From Lama guanicoe (taxonomy: Eukaryota): DNA of 64,000 bases. The notes beneath the pieces are model-generated. The model ran no database searches. It was not told where the DNA came from and worked only from the letters and a program-made list of their open reading frames with translations. This document shows, in pieces, positions 36,570 to 50,660 of the stretch (position 1 is the first letter of the stretch; the number at the start of each line of letters is the position of its first letter). The position numbers and the translations under genes are program-made. The stretch spans positions 4,217,374-4,281,373 of the forward strand of contig MU054220.1 of NCBI GenBank assembly GCA_013239625.1, in the 5' to 3' direction.

Positions 36570-37668
36570 GCAGTATTACTAAATGCTGAAATTTAATGAC
36601 TTAAATATACTGGCAACTATTGCAAAGCAGTTGTTACAGCAGCATTTAACATTGGCCAGAACCTCCCTGGCTAATGTTAGGTTTATACCAAAAGAATGAG
36701 GGAAATTTTGGCATCCCCTTGGGGTGAGGGTCACAGCTCCCTCAACTTTTACAACATGGTACTGGCCACAGCGACTCAGCATATGGCTATGAGAGGCCCT
36801 CTGTTCTTCCCCAAGAACATTTGTAAAAGATCCACTGGATTTAATCAGGAAGCAAATAGATCCCTTTGTAGGTTTGGGGACACATCTTCTCCTAGTCTGG
36901 GGATCATCCTCTGCTGGATGCCCAGGACCCAGATACTCCTCCTGGCTGTGTCTCTTCCCAGACATGGGAAGTTGAGGCCAAAAGATGGAGTTAAATACAC
37001 ACACAAAGAAAGACAGTTTCATAATCAATATTTAAGACAGAGTAGGAAATGGAATAAAAAATAGTTTTAATCATATCAAAAAGCCAAACCAATAAGGAAT
37101 AGTTCATGGAACTGATAGGATCCCAACTTAGCAGCTGGGGCTCTTCCTCTGCGCGAGGCCAGAGCCCCAGGTCCCAAGGTGCATATCAAATGCTGCTAAG
37201 GTGTTTGGATTTTGGACCAAATTCTGGGCTTGGCTTTTCCGCCAAAGAATTTACTGATTTAAATAAGGAAAAGTAAGAAACAGGTAACTCTTACATGATT
37301 CCCAAAATCTAAAATGGGCTGGGAGGTTTCTCTTCTCGGCGGTCTTACAGCCTGCGAAGTCTCCTTTCAGTCTGTTACAGTGCACCTGCAAACAAAGGAC
37401 GCCTGGGCTGGCCTCACCCTGGAGCCGGCCACAAGGCTTCCATCTGGCGTTTTCAGAGAGAACCTGATGAGAGCATCAGAAACTCTAGCACAGAGGATGC
37501 ACGGCTCGAGATGCTCAGATGCTCTCTCCAGACTCCTGCTCTTGGGAAAGCAGGTCTGGTGGGACTATGCCAGTCTCCCACTCTGAAATCCGGGTGTCAG
37601 AGCACTGGGGGCCTGCACTCTCTATCTCTGTCCAGGATTGGCATTTAGCCCTCCACCAGGGGCACGTT
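36570..37668 (-). other. EXT2: Probable EXT2 3' UTR (~1.1 kb) with candidate ATTAAA poly(A) signals at 37066-37071 and 36592-36597
   Basis: Downstream of the TGA on the minus strand; two minus-strand ATTAAA hexamers in A/T-rich context. The end is inferred. Confidence 0.55.
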
Positions 37669-38223
<555 letters not shown>

Positions 38224-39299
38224 TGGGAGAAAGGGAACCGGGATGCTGTTTGGAGGCCAGGGGCTTGCAGGTCAGAGGATTCTTCCCCTCCCCCACAAAT
38301 TCCACTCATTCTTCCAGCTCTGCACCAGAGCAGGCCTCAAACCAAGGTGGATTAGCTGCCAACAATCCTTAACCCCATCTCTCCCAGCTAAAGAGAAGGA
38401 AAGGGTTGAAAGGAAAAAGGCACTTGGATCTGAGCTTCAGCTTCCTCAAACTTAAAAGGCAGAGGGGAGGGTCTTACACCTCGGGTAAGGGAAGGTAAAG
38501 AAGAAGATACTGGGGCAGTGGACCTCAGTTTCAAACCACAAACACTTCAGTCATTCAGCCGACGTCTGTTGAGGGCCTGTGAGTGGCAACCGTAAGCTCT
38601 GGGAATTGCCAGTCAACTTCCACAAGCTCTTCTACGGAAGCTGAAGTTCACACAGGACCGCTTTCACAGCTTTACTTTGACAACTTAGAACCAGCAGCAA
38701 CAAGCGCCGTGGTGACAGAATGGCCAGTGCTGCTGGAGGAGGGGAGCTGGGTCTCCTCACCCCGGCCCCACCCCTCGCAGCCCAGTGAGCAGCCCCCTTC
38801 CTCAGAGGCAGGGGTCAGACACGATGGCGGGAAACGGCTCTGGTCAATCAGGCCAACTGAGTGTGACAGCTGGGTAATGAGGACACTTCAGCAGCAGACC
38901 AGAGGGGAAAACAAACCCGTAAAAACTGCTTTTGAAGTTAAGGGGAGCTCAAGGATGGATTTCAGAGAGGTCAGTACTCTCTCCTCAGTCAGGCCCACGG
39001 CACCTGAGAGCTATAGGAACGAGCTAATCAGAGGCTGAGCTGTTTACCAGGAAGGGGCTGAATTTCAAGACACAAACCAGAAGGCTCTTCTGTCCTCCAA
39101 GATACTGTGTCTTATTTCAAATTATTTTAATCAACAGCTTTTACTTAAGTCCTTTGAGCTTCAGCAAGAAAACTATTAATAAAGAAGCCAGTCATCAATT
39201 CTTTTCTCTTGCTCATTCTCTTGGTCAAAATGTGTTACTGTGTCATTTTGAGCTCTTCTGGCTAATAACATCACTGTGCCCACCACCACAAATCAACAG

Positions 39300-39790
39300 C
39301 AACTAATATTTGTTATATGTTCCAGGCTGTGTCAAAGCGCTTCCCATGTATTAACAACCCACTCCATCCTCACAGCCACCCTAGAGGCAGGTCCTTCTGT
39401 TCTTCCATTCTACACTGGGAAAACAGAGACACAACACTCTCTATGGCTAAGAGACAGGACCAAAGGTCAAATAACTAGTAAGAGGCAGAGCCAAACCCAG
39501 GCATTCTGGCTCCTGAGGCTAAAGTCTTCATTATTATGAGATGATATAGATTTATTTATTAACAAAATTCTGGGTCCCAAGGGAGGAGTTGGAAATTAAC
39601 AACTGTGTGCCAGATAATTTACATACATGATCTCACCAATTCCTTAAAGAGTCCTCCTCTATATGCTGAGGGAGTGGTGTCTAGTAACTTCCTGTTATGG
39701 TTTGAGAAATTAGGGCTAAGAGACTTGCCCAAGGACCCTGAACTGGACAGTGGTGGAGCTGGGTTTCGAACCCAGGCTTCCACTGGCAAC
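39300..39790 (-). mobile_element. Two adjacent MIR SINEs
   Basis: ccattctacactgggaaaacagagacac..aaggtcaaataactagtaagaggcagagcc (39400-39500) and gagacttgcccaaggaccctgaactggacagtggtggagctgggtttcgaacccagg (39720-39776). Confidence 0.6.
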
Positions 39791-41559
39791 AGAACTTTGC
39801 TCTTTCTGTCACACTCTTCCATAACCTGCAGGTCACTGAATTTCCCTCCTGTCGGTAGTCTTTTGAGACTCAGGAGGTGGTAGTCCTAGGTTCCAAATTA
39901 ATAGGAGACTGGAGAAAAGACTGAGGATTTTTAACAAAGTGGTATGAAGCAAGCACTGGAGAACAGCTTTCCTCTCTTTAAATTACCGGGTCAAGGCAGT
40001 GGCAGACAAAGTCCAATCTCTCCAAGGTCTTACTTTTGACAGTTGTTCTATAAACATGTACAGATTCTTCTAGTTTCCAGTTATTATGCTTGCAGAGTCT
40101 CTGGCCAGCAACGCCCAGCCATGCCAGAACAGGTACTGACCAGCACATATAAAAGAAGAATCATGGCTCTTGGCAGAGGTCCCCTGGGGAGCACTGAGGA
40201 CAGTGTTTCCTCTGTAACCAGATCACCCAGCCGGGCCCAGCCACAGGCAAGAGGCCACTGGGGCTCAGGCCAGCCTGACTTGTTGACAGCTGCCCCTGGC
40301 TGACCCAGGCTGGCGAGTCCTTCTCTCTCCACACAGCCTGCCCTGGAGAAGCGGCTGACCCACGCTGAACGGGGAAGGTCCTTAACTCTCCTGCCAGGTA
40401 CTGACAGTGTTTCCTACTTTCTTTTCATGCAGGGGATCTGGGCTGGGGAACAGGTCAGGGTAGATGATGAGTTTGGCTGGTTACGGGTGGCCCACCTGAG
40501 CTACCGTGTCAACTGTTCCCCTGGGTTGGTTTTCTAATCAAGCACAGACGGTCCAAGGACTGCCAGCATCTCTTTGAAGTGCCGGAAGTGTCTGGGAGAA
40601 AAAGGACTAATGGTTTTCTGTTTTCCTTTCAAACACATACAATTACCTAAAGTAACCTTTAGGACCAGTGCTGAGGAAATTGGGAAGCGCACTAACCTTG
40701 CCAGGCACCGTGGTATAGGCTTTTATGTATTATTACTTCTTTCATCCCCAGCATATAACCCAGTGTTTGGTACAGAGATGCTCAATAAATATTTGTTGAA
40801 CCCATGAATGGATACTACAATATGACAGATATTTAATGTATCTATTTTAGGAGATGAAAAGATTGGAAGTTCAGGATAAGGTAAGTCAATTTCCTTAAGT
40901 CAGACAGTTAATAAGTGGCTAACTCATAATTTGAACAAAGATTGGCCTGAATCAAAATACAATGTTCGTTTTCTTAAATCAACACCATCTGTCTGCCATA
41001 TTGTCTTGACCTTGGTAAAGCTATTGGCCAAAATGAAGTTACAAATTCTTCTGGTTCAAAGAAGTAACAGTAGATCCTGGAAATGGGTGCTGGGTAGTAA
41101 AAGCCACTCTCTTCCACAACTGAGATTTCTGATCCCAGACCCCAAATATAAGAATAAACGAGCTTACTGAACCACAAAACTCAACACACGGCCATAACTT
41201 GCAGAGTGGTTAACTCCTCTCACTGTTTTGTACAAAATGTGGATTTTGCAAAGGGAACTATTTAAAAAATAAAACAGATGAATGATTCTGCAGTTGTAAC
41301 TCCATCTCTTGGTCTACCCAAGATGGCTTAAATCACGTCTTCCTCCTTCCCAATCTAAGTGCCTTATTTAATAATTCAGGGATTCAATTTTAATCCAAAT
41401 AGTTTTGCTCCAAGTTTCTTACTAACTTCAAGATTGAGTTCCTTCTGTTTGCTATCAAATTTCTCAAAAGCATAGCCTACATTCACTGACTCTACCTCCT
41501 AACTACCTAACGGCTCACACTCTATAGCCCTTCACCTCATCACCCTGTGATGTTGTTTT

Positions 41560-42740
41560 TTCCAAAGTCACCAGTGATCATTTAATTCAAAGACCGTGTC
41601 CTGGTCTGCATGTTCCTTACTCCTCCCTTGCTACTGAGCATTGGAGACCCAGGTTCTTTCCTGGCCTCACCAGGGACTGCTTCTCTGTTTTCAGTGATGC
41701 GTACTGTCTCCTAAATGTCGAATTTCTCAAGATTTCTGGCTTTGGTTTTTCTTCTGTTGCCATCTCTGGGTAGATGGCTTCCAAATATCCATCTTTGTCT
41801 TAATCTTCTTTCTAAAGTTCTAGTTCCGTATTTCCAATTGCTTGTTCTGTATCTACGTCTGCATATCAAGAGGGCAAGACCCAAAACTCACCCTCCTGAT
41901 TGCTCTCCAACTTCATCCACGATTAAAATCTCCTCCTGGGCTCATTAATCATACTGTTAAAGGTACAACATTCATCCCCCCTCACCCCTAATTAGCATCC
42001 CGCCTACTTATATTATTTACACTGTTAAAGGTACTCATTCTTCTTGACTGTCTCAGTCAACTCCTTCTCCACAACCTCCCCGTGCCTATGCAGTTAGAAA
42101 TCAACAGCTAGCACATCTTCCTCTGGGGGAAAGTCTCTTGCAATTTAGTTCAACCCTTCCTTTCCACACTCAGCTTAGTTCAAGCCTTCTAGCTGTTTTT
42201 CTTTCTTGAATCTCTTCACCTTCATTCCATTCTATGTACCGCTTCCAAATCAATCTCAAAACAATACTTTGATCAAGCTACTCCTCTATTCAAAAACCTC
42301 CTATGGCTTACCAGAGCCTGGAATAAAAATCTCAGGCTCCTTAAATTGACATCCAGGGCTCTTGGTGGCCAGAATCCTGTGCTCTAGCCAGACTGGATAT
42401 CTCGACTGCTTGCCAAATGCACCTCTGACCATCCAGTTTCCCCTGCCTAGGATCACCTCTTCTTGCCCAGAATTTCATTGGTTGGAGTCCTAGTGACCTT
42501 TGAAGGCTCACTTCAAGTGCCATCTCTCTTACAGAATGATTCCTAATAATCAACCTAGCAAGAAGCCACTTCTCTTTCTCTGATCAGTTGTAACATTTCG
42601 AGCCTTCCTTACGACACTTCCCACACATAGCTTTGGATTAAGTTTTCTACACACATTATGTAAATAGATACACACACGTGTTATTGTTCATTATAGACTC
42701 TGATATGATGAAGCCTAACAGCATCTGGGTAGGTGCCTGT
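41560..42740 (+). mobile_element. Degraded LINE-2 fragment
   Basis: tccaaagtcaccagtgat..; tttgatcaagctactcctctattcaaaaacctcctatggct..aataaaaatctcaggctcctt resemble L2. Boundaries approximate. Confidence 0.5.
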
Positions 42741-44232
42741 TCTATTTTTAAAAGCCTCTTCCCAAGAGGAAGCTTCAACATTTCCCTTAGTTACTTTCTT
42801 CAGTGTTTTATAATAATAACTGTATCTAACTTAACTCTTTCTCACTGCCTTTGTTATGATCTCAGTGGTGCTACAGAGGAGTTGTTTAGCCTTACCATGA
42901 ACTTTAAGACCATTATCAGGTCAACTTTCCTTATATAACTCCTTCTTGGACCATTTAAGCCCACTATTTTAGATCAGTCCAATCAATAACCAATTGCTTA
43001 ATGCTATGAAATTCTCCCAAACACAGAATGCAGTAGGTTTAAACAACAATTTCATGTGCTCTATTAGACCTACAATTGGAGTTTCTTCCAAATGAGCTAT
43101 GACAGCTAATGTCACCGGCCTGGACTGGGTAATACTTGACACCAGTGACAGATATTTCCAAAAATCACAATAATATATTATTTCACATTGACAGTTGGTA
43201 GAAGTCATGTCATTTGGGTAAGATATTTATATATGAAAGAGATAAAGAGATTAATTAGAGTAAGAAGGAGTAGAGTATTATGGAAGAATCCAGGCCAACT
43301 GAAACAACTTGCTGTACAAGAAAATCCTCCAGGCTTGAAGGACTTTGCTATGGCTGACAAATTTCAGAAGTGAATGTTACAAGCAGATGCACATGAGACA
43401 TGTGGAAACTTGAACCAGATATCTCATTCTACAAGGCTCCCATAACATTCTCTGAGTGAATTTTGGTCCCTTGACAATAGAGCTACTGGATGTCAGAGTC
43501 ACTGTCTTGTGTAAGGGGCTGCCTTTTGGAAGAATTAAGTTTGATTCAGAAGATTTGAAGCTTGGGGACCTTCAGGATACAAGTGAGAACTACCAGGACT
43601 ACTCTAAGATTATAAAGATCCCAAAGGAAGACAGACATGTCCTACTTCCCTTACACTCACCTGCAAGGCCCTATATTACATGCATACAGAGGTGGGCTTA
43701 TTGAGTAACTGACTGACTCAATATAAAGGGAGTATTTCAGAGCGGCCCTGCTTCTCTCTCTGTAATGTAAAGAGCCATACTTTCAATTCTGTTCTTGGCA
43801 GGTGTTTTAATAGTGTCAGCAAACATAATTTGTCTCTGGTGAGTTTGGTTGAATTCTCTCTAATCAAACTTTTACTGTAACATGGAGCTATTACCCTGAA
43901 AAATAATCCAGTATTTCCTTGGAATTAACTAGCTTCCACTCGAATGACTGTGGATGGTTAAGTGCTCAGTCCACATGGAGAACCTGGCTTTTGGAGCTTA
44001 CGGCCAGCTACATTTTTAAGACCCTTCCAGCCATTACAAATTGAATGAGTAGCATTCCAAATTAATTCTTTGGGTGACCTAGGCTTGAACTAACCCAGTT
44101 CCCACGTGCAAAAGGAGGTGACTATGGCTACCAGCTGCTGTCCTTATATCTCCAACAAAGTCCCATAAACAGGCCCAAGGCAGGAAATGGGGATCAGAGG
44201 CAAGGGCAGACTTTTGGTCAGAGGCTCACTCA

Positions 44233-44604
<372 letters not shown>

Positions 44605-45990
44605 TTAATGACTGTTTTCTCACTGCCAAGGTTCTTGTATAAACACCATTTGTTCTTGCAGCCATAAGGGCGATGAAATACAGCTTCCCATAACTTTCAC
44701 CGTAACCTTCGTTCCAACAGGCACTTTTTATCCTGCTTCCAGCTCCATGGCAAATGCTATGAGCAGCACCATGCTCTTGAAGATGCCAGGTTATTCTGCA
44801 ATCCCTTGAGTCAGGAAAAAAAATCCAATGGTCCCTCAACATCTGAATCTATTTCCCTGACTCTCCACCACCCTCCCACACCTTAAACTTCCAATATTTT
44901 TCTAGCAAACTCAGGGGAGGCTGCTATCCTAACCTAGTGACGATAAGTAAACAATAGAGGGATGGGAGGAGAAGAAAGCTAGATAACTAAGACCACAGGC
45001 TAAGAAGCACACAGACACCAGGAATTATTGTCCAGAATAAGCAGACACAGCTAAGAACACCTTGCAGCATATGTTGAAAAGCAAATCTGGAGTGAAGGGG
45101 AGTTCTTTTAAACCTAGTTTTGCAATTTACATTCTTTAATTTTCCTTAAAGCAGTGAGCTGTTCACTGAGTTACTTAGAGCTGGAGGATGGGGTAAAGAC
45201 TGGGTCAAGTTTGGACAGATTGGCTTTTCCGCTTTCTTGGTCACTTTGGTTTAATCTGGCCTCTCCCAACAATTAATAGCATGAGGACTCATTTGGATCA
45301 GGATACCACACCATGCTTCCAACATAAGCTTCCGGTATAGGAATCTGGCCTAGAAGCATTGCCCATTTTCACATACGGAATTCTAACCCAGAAGGAAAAA
45401 AAAGGTCAAGTGTACTCTTTCTCATGTTTAGGGATCTGATTTGAGCAAAATCAACACTTCAGGAATAGAGATCTATTAGATACAAAGGCCCCACGTGATC
45501 TTTACATACTCTCGCTTTTATGTCATGGGAAAGGTACTGCTAAAAACTGGTAACCACCGTCTTAAAACAATGTTTAGGACACTACAGTTATAATTGTACA
45601 AAGTGTACTATTTTCTCAATGTCAATAAAAAAATCGGCTAACTTAAGAAAGATGTAAACTTCATTCTTTAACTAACAGGACTAGATTCCAAATCAGCTTT
45701 GAGAATAAAATTATGTTTTTTAAAAAGCACAATTTGTAGACTGACCATCATAGCCTTTATCTCTGATACTGGAGGTTAAAAACTGTAACTAAAGAAACTG
45801 TATAAAAAAATAAAATATGCTTAAATCATCAAAGCCTAGCTCCAGTTTTACAATGTGACAGCATCAATCTTAGAATCTTAAAGCTAAAAGGGAGCTTAAA
45901 GTTCATCTATCCCAAGGCTTCATTTATAGTTATGAGAACTTCTCAGACTCAGAGAAAACAGAAATGTGCCCAGGATCACAAAGCAAGTTA

Positions 45991-46152
<162 letters not shown>

Positions 46153-46591
46153 TCAGGGAAGGAAAAAAAAAAAAAGACATTCAAATAGCAGTTCCCTGTG
46201 GCTGATGTACAAAGGGTAACTTAGCCATGGCACGGGGACAAACTTTCTCTTGTAAGACTAGTCTTAAGGCTGAATCAACAGAAAGGGCAAAGGGAGTATT
46301 AGAATGCTTTTGGTTCCGTGACCAAGCGTCTCTAATACTGTCATCCTTTTAAAAATCACCTGTTGTGAGCAGAGGAGCAGTACAGTGTGAAGCCCTTCTA
46401 AGGTGTAGGCAGTTTGGACTGGTTACTGTATCATGTGCTTAATAAATATTAAGGCACCCCAGTACTGATCTCTAATAAATCCTTCCCCTTGAGTCACAAT
46501 GCTCAATCCTGTTTTCTGTATTCTTTGCACAGATTGCAAATAGAAGCAGAGATAAATTAATGATGGACTGACATTGCAAAGATGTGCTTCT

Positions 46592-46790
46592 TTTTTTAAC
46601 GTTACCAAGTGCTGATTTAAAAAAAAAATGTGTTCTGCTGCATTTAATTTTTTATTATTTTGGGGGAGACAGGTAATTAGGTTTATTTATTTATTTATTT
46701 TTAGAGGAGGTACTGGGGATTGAATCCAGGACCTTGATGCATGCTAAGAACGTACTCTACCACTTGAGCTATACCCTCCCCCTCCCCCCA
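46592..46790 (-). mobile_element. tRNA-derived SINE (camelid vic-1-like) in an EXT2 intron
   Basis: Minus strand GGGGAGGGTATAGCTCAAGTGGTAGAGTACGTTCTTAGCATGCATCAAGGTCCTGGATTCAATCCCCAGTACCTCC with Pol III A box and B box, then an (AAAT)n tail. TSD caaagatgtgctt (46577-46589) / caaagacgtgctt (46791-46803). Family assignment is from memory of camelid SINEs. Confidence 0.85.
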
Positions 46791-47239
46791 CAAAGACGTG
46801 CTTTTAAAAGCAAAACAAAAATGCAATTTTGAGACTAGCATAATCTACATGTATGAAATAGTATAGAAATTTGTGAGAAAAAAAAGCTATTATCAATCTA
46901 CTACCATAAACTACAAGAATTATAAACCTTATTTATTTATTTTTTGCTAAGAACAAAAACCTTTTTCTGGATCTATAGCCCTGAAACATATGAGGGCAGC
47001 AGTGCTGAGATGGCAAGAAATGATCAATATAAACACAGCAAAGTTAAATGAACTGTGCTGGGCTGGACAGATCTTTCTCCTGACATCAGTTCCTTATGCC
47101 ACTGCTGACAATTGACAAGTTATTACTGTTTGATTAAGCCACACACGCCCAGGGAGCAATCTGCCATCAAACGGAATATTCTGAAGTCCAATGCATACCC
47201 TTCTATCTCTCCCATAATAAACAGAGTGAAAAACACGAA

Positions 47240-47960
47240 CTGACAATTCTCAGAAGAGAGGAAATACAAAAGGCTAAAGAATACACAAAAGGAATTTCAA
47301 CCTCACTAGTGACAAAGCAAAGTGAAAACAGTAAGATCCATTTTCACTTATCAAAATAGCTAAGTTTGATTTTTTCTTTTACATATTTCATGCCAGGGAG
47401 GGTATGGTAAGATAGTTTTATATTTTGCTGGTGAGAATGTAAACTGGCACAAACAATACTGAAAACAACTGATAAATAAATAAATAAATAAATATCTCAA
47501 AACCTCCCCAAAATGTTCATAATTCTACTTCCAGGAACCTATCATAATGATCATAAGTATAAACAGTTATGAAAATGGATACTGATCATTATTTAAGCAT
47601 TTGATATAAAGCATTACCTAGCAAAAAAATTAGAAACAATCTAAATATACAATGATAAAGAAACAGTTATACATGATTTACGGAATATAATGGTATATCA
47701 GCAATTATATTAGGAAGTTGTTTATAAAGAAATGTTAACAACATAATTTCACAATATATGCAAAAAGTAAGCTAATGAGAATATTTACAAGTGTCTGTGT
47801 GAAAAAGTAAATAAAAGGCAAATTGGAAAAAAAATCCAAACAATAATAATAGTTTATCTCTAAGTGATAGGACTACAAGTCACTTTTCTTATACAATAAA
47901 ACTTATTCTTAATTTGTCGTATTTTCTATTATGAGCATTTAATATTTTCATAATTAGAAA
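47240..47960 (+). mobile_element. Old LINE-1 (L1ME-like) 3' fragment in an EXT2 intron
   Basis: A-rich; acaattctcagaagagaggaaatacaaaaggct..ttcaacctcactagt..gctggtgagaatgtaaactggcacaaac..aattctacttccaggaacctat. Confidence 0.6.
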
Positions 47961-48125
47961 AATCTAACTTTATTTTTCAAAAGAGTATCACACAACATGG
48001 CCTTTCTAAGCCCTGTGAGTAGAACATTTTTCACAGCAAAAATTAAGTTATGCCAAATAAAACGAGATCATACTCTCGATTTTGTCAACTCTGACCTACT
48101 TGCCCCCAGTCTGCTCTCGCCTTAC

Positions 48126-48269
48126 CTTGTGATAAAAAGCAGCCCCCGTGAGCACCATGGACACCTCATTGGTCCACTCAGACTCATACTTCCACTTATT
48201 CATCTCATGGTCCCAGAGATGCAGGCGACCTGGGTAACCCACCAACCGATCAGGAAATTCCCGCCAGAC
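48126..48269 (-). CDS. EXT2: EXT2 coding exon (144 bp), GT64 domain
   Basis: ctcag acceptor; translates [48 protein letters not shown]; donor AAG|gtaag. No further EXT2 exon was recognised in 48270-64000, consistent with a long upstream intron. Confidence 0.96.
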
Positions 48270-48989
48270 CTGAGGACAGAAACACATCAACATTTCGGAC
48301 AACAACCAAGCACAGCGCTAAGTTCTTTAAACTGTATCAGTAAGAGTCCCTAGGTTCAAATCTTCATAAACTAAGATCAGAACGGGCCTTGGAAGCATTC
48401 AATCCAACAGGTGCTAGTTCTGCCGATATTCAAAGATAGATGTTGATTCTAATTTCCTCCAAAACTTCCCTGTACTTGCTTGGAAATTTCAAGTAACGCA
48501 GAATAATAGCTTCTTGAATTGGGCCAAGGTAGGTAATCTCTTAACATATGATTAATGAAATAAGTTCTACTTTTAATGAATGCACAAATGAAGAGTAAAT
48601 AGAACCCTGATTTATATTAAGTTTTCATGATTGTGAAAACTTACAAAGTCTTTGTTTCAAAAAAAATAAAATCTATATATCTGGAGCACAAAGCCACTCT
48701 TATGACCTTTGGGAAGTCTCAAGTATAGTGAATGTGTCTGTTTCTATAATCTGTAACATATTGAAAACAAAAACTTGATTTCCGTATCTGGAAAGGTGCT
48801 TAGATACAGTTTTGTTAAGCAGGACTTGGTATAGCAGAGGTGGGATACTTTCAGTACCTTTCCCTATGCATTTCCGTATAATTTAGTTTAACCTCTAAAC
48901 CATGAACCATTAGGGAGTACTGACAATTTACCAGCTGTCAGGATGCCGCCTCTCAGCACCATGAGTCCTCATCCTTGAGCCGATCTCTA

Positions 48990-50660
48990 GACAACAGGGT
49001 TCCCGACTGGGCCCTGTTCTCTTCCTTGAACTCTACCTCTTAAGTAACAACGAGTTTCAATCTCTTTAAATATCATCTGTACTCTGATGACTGCTAAATT
49101 TATGTTTGGCCCTTAACGTTTCTGAGACAAACAACTACTTACTTAATACTTTTCAACTGGATAAACCATAGGCATCTCAAACTTAACATGTCCAAAGCGT
49201 AACTCTTGATTCCATCTCCCCAGAAAAGCCATCCTCCCAGTCTTTTGCATCTCAATCAGTCATCTACCCAGATGCTGAAGCCAAAAAGCTCAGAGTCCGT
49301 CCTTCCTTTCCCTCTTTCCCCACATCCACTTCATCAGCAAGTCCTGCTGGCTCTGCTTCAGACTACTTCTTACCTTCTCTACAACCACTCTCTTGAGCTC
49401 AAACCACCATCATTACTAGATTACTATAAGAGGCTTCCACCTTATTTCCTTGCTTCCAAACCATCATTTACAGAGCATCCCTAGAAGGACCATTCTTAAG
49501 AGAATATTAGGGTATTTCTGTACAGAGTAATTCAATCAGTGGGCCCCATCCTATTATTTATATGTATCTTCATTATACACTTTTTAATTATATACATATG
49601 TGATATGGTCATGTGCTACAGCAACCAGAAGTTTCTCCAACACCCAAGTGTCACTGAGTCCAGGGAGGATGCTCCATTGCTCTCCCAAAGGCGGAGCCAG
49701 TATGCTAGTACTCTCCCTTTTTTAGTTTGCTGGGGCTGCTGTAAAAAGTAACACAAAGTGGGTGGCTTAAAACAACGGAAATCCAGAACTACGAAATCAA
49801 GGTGTTGGTAGGGCCATCCTAGAGGGGAAGCATCCTTCCTGGCCTCTTCCCAGCTTCTGGCAGCTGGCTGGCCATCTCTGGTGTTTCTTGGCTTGTAGCT
49901 GCATCACTGCAAACCTGTCTTCACATAGCCTTCTTCCCTCTGTGTGTATCCCTGTGTCCAAATTTCTCCCTTTTATAATGACACCAGTCCGACTGGATTG
50001 AGGGCCCACTCTAATGACCTCATTTTAACTTGATTATCTCTGGAAAGACCCTGTTTCTAAATAAGGTTACTAAAGGTCAGGATTTCAACATATCCTTTTT
50101 AGATATGTTCAATCTATAACACTCCCCCCGAATCTTTAAAAAATGTCCTACCCCTAAAACAAAACAAAAAAAATGGCTTCCTATTGACTGAAAGTAATAA
50201 CCAAACTCCTTAGCACATTCTACAGGGCCTTCCTACCCCCCAGCCGCTCTCTTACCACGTCCTCCCACAAGTCAGTGGCCTCCCTGCTCTTTAACTGTGA
50301 CTAGACCTCGAGCCCTCTGCGCCTACTGTTTCTTCTTACTGGAATGTTTCCCCAGCTCTTCAAAAGGCAGCTCCTGCTCATCAGTCAGGCCTCTGCTTCA
50401 GCGTCACCTACTTTGAGGGGCCTTTCCAGACCTTCCCACCCAAGGTAAATGCCACCCCCCAACCTGCCACTCTTCACCCCCACTCTGTGGTTTTCTTCAA
50501 AATACTTTCATGTCTTGAAATTGCTTCAGTTATTCATTGGCTACTTGTTTATTCTCTCTCTTCCTCCCGTAGCGTTCAGACTGCATGTGGACAGAGACCG
50601 TCTCATTTACTGTGGTAACCCAAGCACAGAGCGCAATGCCGTCACGACAGCATCCTCGCA
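48990..50660 (+). mobile_element. LINE-2 fragment interrupted by the MLT1 LTR
   Basis: ggcatctcaaacttaacatgtccaaagcgtaactcttgatt (49171-49210) is a hallmark L2 segment; L2-like text resumes after 50170. Confidence 0.6.
49718..50121 (-). mobile_element. MLT1-type (ERVL-MaLR) solo LTR inserted into an L2
   Basis: Typical MLT1 text (ttagtttgctggggctgctgtaa..gggtggcttaaaacaac..aaatcaaggtgttgg..ggattgagggcccactctaatgacctcattttaacttgatta..); ends ..ctataaca (TG start on minus strand); 5-bp TSD ctccc at 49713-49717 and 50122-50126. Confidence 0.85.

Noticed and set aside
46710..46782. tRNA-like sequence with A and B boxes
   Set aside because: Followed by an (AAAT)n tail and flanked by a TSD, so it is a SINE head rather than a tRNA gene.
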